In this document: positions 6,995 through 11,447 of the stretch, piece by piece
How positions within the stretch are numbered: the first letter of the stretch is position 1
Layout of the letters: every line of letters starts with the position of its first letter
Source: a virus
Lineage: Duplodnaviria; Caudoviricetes
Virus record (IMG/VR): IMGVR_UViG_3300025115_000041
Span: 1 to 29,875 of that record
Length of the DNA: 29,875 nucleotides
Direction: 5' to 3' (one strand)
Translations under genes and position numbers: made by a program
The notes under the pieces: generated by a model
Seen by the model: only the letters and a program-made list of their open reading frames with translations
Databases searched by the model: none
Told to the model about the DNA's origin: nothing

Positions 6995-7225
6995 ATGGAC
7001 ACAAACAGACGATGGACACAGTTCGCAGCCGATGCCGAGGTTGACAGATTCGGCACCGCAAGACTATGCGCTGCGCACAACAGTCTGCGCGATGAAGTCG
7101 AAAAGCTGCGCAGGGTCGCCGAAGCCGCTGCGCGCTCTGTGACGCAGCCCGCATGGGCCGGAGTGTGCGACGAGGACATTGAACTGGAGTCCGCGTTGCG
7201 GGCGGCTGGGCTTCTTGACGCCTAA
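6995..7225 (+). CDS. Cassette B hypothetical protein (76 aa)
   Basis: GGAGG RBS at 6986; stop TAA is part of the core site GCCTAAC. Confidence 0.75.
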   Translation: MDTNRRWTQFAADAEVDRFGTARLCAAHNSLRDEVEKLRRVAEAAARSVTQPAWAGVCDEDIELESALRAAGLLDA

Positions 7226-7282
7226 CGCAGAGCTAAGGGGCCGGCCGCTTGCGGACGGTCCCGCTTAAGCGCCGGGTTAGGC
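7220..7282 (-). repeat. attC site of cassette A (63 bp), complete
   Basis: R'' GCCTAAC, spacer CCGGC, L'' GCTTAAGC, GGGACCGTCCGC-AA-GCGGCCGGCC, L' CCTTAGC, spacer TCTGC, R' GTTAGGC. Confidence 0.92.
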
Positions 7283-7296
7283 GCGGAGGATTGATG

Positions 7297-7680
7297 ATGG
7301 AACTAGGCGCAATAGAGGAAGTGAAAGAGATTGCCAGGCAGATCGAATGTCGGCTGATACCGCCACCGAACAAGGCGCAGTCACTGGTAATTATTCGACA
7401 GATGATCCGCATGGCAGAAAAGATCGAGTCGCTTGAAGCCAAGCTATTCCATGCCGAAGCGGAGCGCGACGAAAACCGCGCCGAGATTGGCAGGCTGCGC
7501 GACGAACTGCAAAGGATCGCTGACCCGATGAGTTTCCGGCACGAAGGGACAAGCCTTTCGTTGTGCCGGAAATACGAGGACATAGCGGCAGACGCTTTGC
7601 GAAAAGTCGGCTCTGACAAGACGGCAGATGTAGCGCCTAACAGACAGTTGACAGATAGCGTCAAGGGGGCTTACAATTAA
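7297..7680 (+). CDS. Cassette A hypothetical coiled-coil protein; reads out of the cassette into phage DNA
   Basis: GGAGGA RBS at 7285 next to attC R''; central heptad-rich segment; no stop before the 7640/7641 junction. Confidence 0.75.
   Translation: MELGAIEEVKEIARQIECRLIPPPNKAQSLVIIRQMIRMAEKIESLEAKLFHAEAERDENRAEIGRLRDELQRIADPMSFRHEGTSLSLCRKYEDIAADALRKVGSDKTADVAPNRQLTDSVKGAYN
7635..7653 (-). other. Array-proximal crossover site with attI/attG-like simple-site geometry
   Basis: TGTCAAC-TGTCT-G|TTAGGC (AAC-N5-GTT) with no attC hairpin upstream. Confidence 0.6.
7648..7677 (+). promoter_or_regulatory. Sigma70 early promoter P2
   Basis: TTGACA-18 bp-TACAAT with TCAAG-gggg-CTTAC palindrome overlapping the -10. 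Confidence 0.75.
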
Positions 7681-7683
7681 ATC

Positions 7684-7703
7684 ACGCCGGAAACGGTCTT
7701 TTA
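7684..7703 (+). promoter_or_regulatory. Leader motif copy 2
   Basis: ACG-CCG-GAAA-CGG-TCTTTTA. Confidence 0.5.
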
Positions 7704-7718
7704 CGGAAGGAAATTGAA

Positions 7719-7886
7719 ATGGAAAATCAAGCACTCATTCCCAACGCTGACTGGCAAACTCAGCAACGCGGAACCAACGACCAGGAATATCAAATCTACC
7801 TGGCTTGCGCTGACAACGGCAAAGGCGGCGACATTACTCGCAACGGCGCCCCCCTTTTGACTTACGACCAATGGGTGGCAGCATGA
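7719..7886 (+). CDS. Hypothetical protein (55 aa, absent from the ORF track)
   Basis: MENQALIPNADWQTQQRGTNDQEYQIYLACADNGKGGDITRNGAPLLTYDQWVAA; GAAGGA RBS; ATGA overlap with the next gene. Confidence 0.75.
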   Translation: MENQALIPNADWQTQQRGTNDQEYQIYLACADNGKGGDITRNGAPLLTYDQWVAA

Positions 7887-8050
7887 AAGTAAAACTTGTC
7901 AGCGTACCTGGGCCACAGGCCCAGGCGACCAAAGCGCCCAGCATCCTGGACAAACGATTTAAATACATACCGGCGGCCAAGACCGACATAGTGCAACGTT
8001 TTCGCGCTATGGGCTGGGTTCCACCGTCAGAAAAGCGGGGGGGCTACTGA
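7883..8050 (+). CDS. Hypothetical protein (55 aa, absent from the ORF track)
   Basis: MKVKLVSVPGPQ...FKYIPAAKTDIVQRFRAMGWVPPSEKRGGY; coupled start; ends 1 nt before the ERF ORF. Confidence 0.7.
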   Translation: MKVKLVSVPGPQAQATKAPSILDKRFKYIPAAKTDIVQRFRAMGWVPPSEKRGGY

Positions 8051-8051
8051 C

Positions 8052-8705
8052 ATGACCCAACAACAACATTACGAAACCATGCAACGTCAAGAGGAGTATG
8101 AGGAAATGACAACGTTCAACAAAGTCGCTGCGGCCTTGGTCAAGGCCCAAAAAGAATTCGGCCCTGCGCTGAAATCCAGCACCAACCCGCATTTCAAATC
8201 ACGCTACGCCGACCTGGCCGCGTGTGTTGAAGCGGTGGTGGACGCTCTCAACAACAACGGCATCGCGTTGACGCAGCGCGTCAGCCCGTCCGACAGCGGC
8301 GTGATCGTCGAAACCGTGTTTATTCACGAATCCGGCGAAATCATCAATTGCGGCCAGTTGCACGTACCGGCCACCAAACAGGACGCCCAGGGTTACGGAT
8401 CAGCGTTGACATACGCCCGCCGTTACTCGTTGATGGCCGCCTGTGGTATTGCACCGGAAGACGACGACGGCAACGCAGCCACAAAACGCCCGTCAGCGCC
8501 AGCGCAGCCTATTCCTGATATTACGGATCATCTGTCAGCCATTGATGGTGCCGCCAATAGCGACGAATTAACCAAGGTGTATGCCGCGGCCTACGACGCT
8601 TGCCAGGGCAATCAGCAACTTCAGGCCAAAGTGATTGCAGCCAAGAAAGCCCGCATTGAACGCGCCAAGAAAGAAAAACAATCGAAAGGAACCACAAATG
8701 AGTGA
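8052..8705 (+). CDS. erf: ERF-family ssDNA annealing protein
   Basis: NPHFKSRYADL, HESGE and GSALTYARRYSL..ACGIAPEDDDG motifs; alternative start at 8106. Confidence 0.93.
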   Translation: MTQQQHYETMQRQEEYEEMTTFNKVAAALVKAQKEFGPALKSSTNPHFKSRYADLAACVEAVVDALNNNGIALTQRVSPSDSGVIVETVFIHESGEIINCGQLHVPATKQDAQGYGSALTYARRYSLMAACGIAPEDDDGNAATKRPSAPAQPIPDITDHLSAIDGAANSDELTKVYAAAYDACQGNQQLQAKVIAAKKARIERAKKEKQSKGTTNE

Positions 8706-9324
8706 CATGGAACAACGCACCGACGACTGGTACGCGGCCCGCCTGGGCAAAGTCACGGCCAGCAGCCTGTACAAAGTCCTAGCCAAGACCAAGACCGGCT
8801 ACGGTGCCGACCGCGGCAATTACATGACCCAACTGGTGTTGGAACTCGTGACCCAATCTAAGGCCGATTCCTACACCAACGCGGCCATGCAATGGGGCAT
8901 CGACCAGGAACCATTTGCCAGGGCAGCCTATGAAGCCGCCAAGGGCGTTTTGGTAGAGGAAGTGGCGTTCGTACAGCACCCGACCATCGCCATGGCTGGT
9001 GCCTCGCCTGACGGCTTGGTGGGCGACGACGGCATGGTGGAAATCAAATGCCCCGACAGCAAGACAGCCTTGGAATGCTGGCTGTCCGACAGCCCCGTGG
9101 AAGGCAAGTATTTCGCGCAAATGCAATGGCAAATGCGCTGCGCCGACCGCGCCTGGTGCGACTACGTTGTATTCGACCCGCGGATGCCCGCCAAGGCCCA
9201 ACTGTTTGTCACCCGCGTTCAGCGTGACAACGAATGGTTGGCCATCACGGAAGCGGAAGTCGTCAAGTTTTTGGCTGAAGTCGATGCCAAGGTCGCAGCA
9301 CTCAAAAAAATCATCGGAGAATAA
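8698..9324 (+). CDS. YqaJ/lambda-exonuclease family protein
   Basis: QRTDDWYAARLGKVTAS, MQWG..QE, GASPDGL, EIKCP and QMQWQM motifs; AAAGGA RBS. Confidence 0.93.
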   Translation: MSDMEQRTDDWYAARLGKVTASSLYKVLAKTKTGYGADRGNYMTQLVLELVTQSKADSYTNAAMQWGIDQEPFARAAYEAAKGVLVEEVAFVQHPTIAMAGASPDGLVGDDGMVEIKCPDSKTALECWLSDSPVEGKYFAQMQWQMRCADRAWCDYVVFDPRMPAKAQLFVTRVQRDNEWLAITEAEVVKFLAEVDAKVAALKKIIGE

Positions 9325-9326
9325 TC

Positions 9327-9587
9327 ATGTCGAAAGTCGTAAAAGAAATTAGTTGCATTGTCGGTCAATACACCAACGCCCAGGGCGAACAGAAAAACCG
9401 CTATCAGCGGATTGGTTCGGTCATCAATACCAAAAACGGGGAAATGCTCAAACTTGACGTTATCCCGCTAAAGGATGGCGGCTGGGACGGCTGGGCTTAC
9501 ATGAACGACCCCAAACCCAGGGAAGACGCGCCGCCGCGCCCCGCGCCCCGCAGTTTTCCTGACGACGATTTACCTGACTTTTTCTAG
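9327..9587 (+). CDS. Small SSB-like protein
   Basis: Follows the recombinase/exonuclease pair; Y....GE.KNRY..IG pattern; acidic-aromatic tail DDDLPDFF. Confidence 0.6.
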   Translation: MSKVVKEISCIVGQYTNAQGEQKNRYQRIGSVINTKNGEMLKLDVIPLKDGGWDGWAYMNDPKPREDAPPRPAPRSFPDDDLPDFF

Positions 9588-9595
9588 GGGGCGCC

Positions 9596-10108
9596 ATGCA
9601 GTTTGACCTATTTGGAAGTCCTGAAAAGTACCTGACCAAATTACGGTCTGACTGGCGCAACACCATCGAAAGCGACGGGGGTTATTGCCCCTGTTGCGGT
9701 AAGTGGGGCAAGATATCACCCTTCACCATAACTGAAACACACGCCCTGGCGCTGTTATGGCTGTCCAAGGCGCCGTGTGACGGTGACGGGTGGGTGGAAG
9801 TGCCGCCAATTGCACCGGCCTGGATGCTGCGCGGCAAAAACTACACGACGATGGCCAAGTGGGGGCTGATCGAACACGGCGGCAACGATGACGAATCCAA
9901 ACGTTCCGACGGGTTTTGGCGGGTCACAACCAAAGGGCTGCACTTCATTTGTGGCGCCTTGTTGCTGCCAAAAAAGGCGTATATTTACAACAACAACGTG
10001 GAAGGTTGGTCAGACGAACAGGTGTATTTCAGGGATTGTTTTGGCCGACACTTCGACTACCAGGAAGTCATGGCCGACAATTTCAACTTGAATGCAATCA
10101 AACTTTAG
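9596..10108 (+). CDS. Hypothetical protein with CPCC motif and possible winged-helix region
   Basis: 170 aa; YCPCCG; WGLIE...GFWRVT.KG. Confidence 0.75.
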   Translation: MQFDLFGSPEKYLTKLRSDWRNTIESDGGYCPCCGKWGKISPFTITETHALALLWLSKAPCDGDGWVEVPPIAPAWMLRGKNYTTMAKWGLIEHGGNDDESKRSDGFWRVTTKGLHFICGALLLPKKAYIYNNNVEGWSDEQVYFRDCFGRHFDYQEVMADNFNLNAIKL

Positions 10109-10232
10109 ATGCCCACCTTGCAACGGCGATTGCCGCCAGGGACGTGATTGCCCCAATAGACCGCCGCCCATGTCCTGGGCGGTTTTTTTTCGTCGGCTGG
10201 TCAGGCTAGTTCAAAGTGTGGGCCGTCGATGA
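10092..10232 (+). CDS. Putative small Cys-rich protein (CPPCNGDCRQGRDCP)
   Basis: Hand translation, 46 aa; four Cys in 14 residues; overlaps the terminator. Confidence 0.45.
   Translation: MQSNFRCPPCNGDCRQGRDCPNRPPPMSWAVFFRRLVRLVQSVGRR
10164..10190 (+). terminator. Rho-independent terminator ending the early operon
   Basis: CCGCCCA-tgtcc-TGGGCGG followed by T8, at the convergence with the lysis genes. Confidence 0.85.
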
Positions 10233-10653
10233 ACGGCTTGCGTTTTTGGGCGCGGCGTTCGTCGATGTACGCGTTCATGGCTGACGCCATCGTGCCTTGC
10301 CATTTGCAAATGTCGTTGACCGTCCAGGCGCCACCCCACCGTATTGCCACGCCCTGTTCGATTGCAGCCGTTTTCATGGCGTCGGCAATGTCATCGTATA
10401 GGTTCAGTTCCCAAGACGCCCTGGCGCCGATATAGGCCATTAGATCGACCGCTTTGCCTTCTAGGTGTTTGCTGGCCATGATTTGACTGGCGCCCTGGTT
10501 AACCAGTTCGCGCTGGCGTTCCTGGGTTCGCAACCCTTCGACCACGCCAAAATCAATCTTGGTGATTTCGATGGCGCGTTTGACTACTTTAACCAGTTGT
10601 TCGTCAACGCCCACCAGGTTATCCAGCGAACGCTGCGACAGTTTGAACGTCAT
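10201..10653 (-). CDS. Endolysin, peptidase M15 family (L-Ala-D-Glu peptidase-like)
   Basis: EGLRT.ERQ, SKHLEGKAVDL, IRWGG.W and DGPHFEL motifs; start at 10653 by ATGA overlap. Confidence 0.92.
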   Translation of the reverse strand: MTFKLSQRSLDNLVGVDEQLVKVVKRAIEITKIDFGVVEGLRTQERQRELVNQGASQIMASKHLEGKAVDLMAYIGARASWELNLYDDIADAMKTAAIEQGVAIRWGGAWTVNDICKWQGTMASAMNAYIDERRAQKRKPFIDGPHFELA

Positions 10654-11021
10654 TTTCTTGCCCATCCCGCCACAATCCTAGCGCCAAACAAAAACCCAAA
10701 CGCAATGTTGGCCGCTTCCAGGGCCAGCGTCCTGATCTGCTCTTGAACCGGAATGTAAAGGGTCGAAATGCCCACGCCAATCACCACCAGCGCCCCGACA
10801 TAACGGGCGGCTGCGCGTAGGTCAATGACCCATTGGCTCGGCGTTCCCACGGGGGTATCCAGTCGGGCCAGGGCTTCCAGCCTGGCGACCTCGGCCTGGT
10901 CAAGTTTGATCTGTTCGTCAATGGTGGTGGGCTTCACGCCGCCGACCCATTTGGTAATCAGTTGCTTGCCGCTTTCAACGGCAACCGGCAGCAGGGCGCC
11001 GACAATGGTTTCAATCAGCAT
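10650..11021 (-). CDS. Holin-like membrane protein (3TM/GTA-holin-like)
   Basis: WVIDLRA..R then two hydrophobic segments ending FGFLFGAR; adjacent to the endolysin. Confidence 0.65.
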   Translation of the reverse strand: MLIETIVGALLPVAVESGKQLITKWVGGVKPTTIDEQIKLDQAEVARLEALARLDTPVGTPSQWVIDLRAAARYVGALVVIGVGISTLYIPVQEQIRTLALEAANIAFGFLFGARIVAGWARK

Positions 11022-11211
11022 GGGCTTTTCCAATCGTCTGGGTGGTAATGACCCGCAACAGAATGTTAACGACAGGCAATCCGACGGCCAAAATAACGTA
11101 CCAATGTTCGGGCAAGTACGGTTTCAGCAGTCCGGTGGTGGCTTCTAGGGACGCCAGCACGGCCACAAAAATGTTGACCCAAATTGTTTTCGACGTGTAC
11201 CAAGGCTTCAT
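11011..11211 (-). CDS. Small two-TM holin-like protein
   Basis: KPWYTSKTIWVN...NILLRVITTQ; two hydrophobic stretches. Confidence 0.65.
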   Translation of the reverse strand: MKPWYTSKTIWVNIFVAVLASLEATTGLLKPYLPEHWYVILAVGLPVVNILLRVITTQTIGKAHAD

Positions 11212-11213
11212 GG

Positions 11214-11447
11214 TTACCCCTTAAAAAAAGACATGATGTAACCAACAGCCGCGGATGCTGCGGACACAATCGACATTCCAACCCAAAAGCCACCGCGGCC
11301 CTGATTGGCCAGCGCGACCAGTTTTTCCAGGTTGCTTTCCATCTTGTCCATTTTCTTTTCCATGTCGTCGAACCGGCGTTCGTAATCTTGAACCTTCTGC
11401 CAAAGGACGCCGTATTTGACTGGATCAATGTCAGGTTGTTGCGCCAT
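11214..11447 (-). CDS. Coiled-coil protein with C-terminal TM (holin/XhlA-like)
   Basis: Heptad segment followed by GGFWVG.. TM; at the head of the lysis cluster. Confidence 0.65.
   Translation of the reverse strand: MAQQPDIDPVKYGVLWQKVQDYERRFDDMEKKMDKMESNLEKLVALANQGRGGFWVGMSIVSAASAAVGYIMSFFKG

Larger units (their letters stand above)
6925..7640 (-). mobile_element. Array of two integron-type gene cassettes (A 7226-7640, 415 bp; B 6925-7225, 301 bp) without intI
   Basis: Each unit starts with TTAGGC on the minus strand, carries one ORF and ends in an attC; each cassette's start is complementary to its own R'' region (9 bp for A, 13 bp for B). Confidence 0.88.

Noticed and set aside
6919-7653. 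CRISPR array or REP/MITE interpretation of the GCCTAAC/GTTAGGC repeats
   Set aside because: The repeats differ internally, are spaced by whole ORFs and have attC box asymmetry; no cas genes or target duplications
6624-9598. Repeated stop-GGGGCGCC-ATG junction at 6624-6639 and 9585-9598
   Set aside because: Only two short copies; most simply a G-rich RBS
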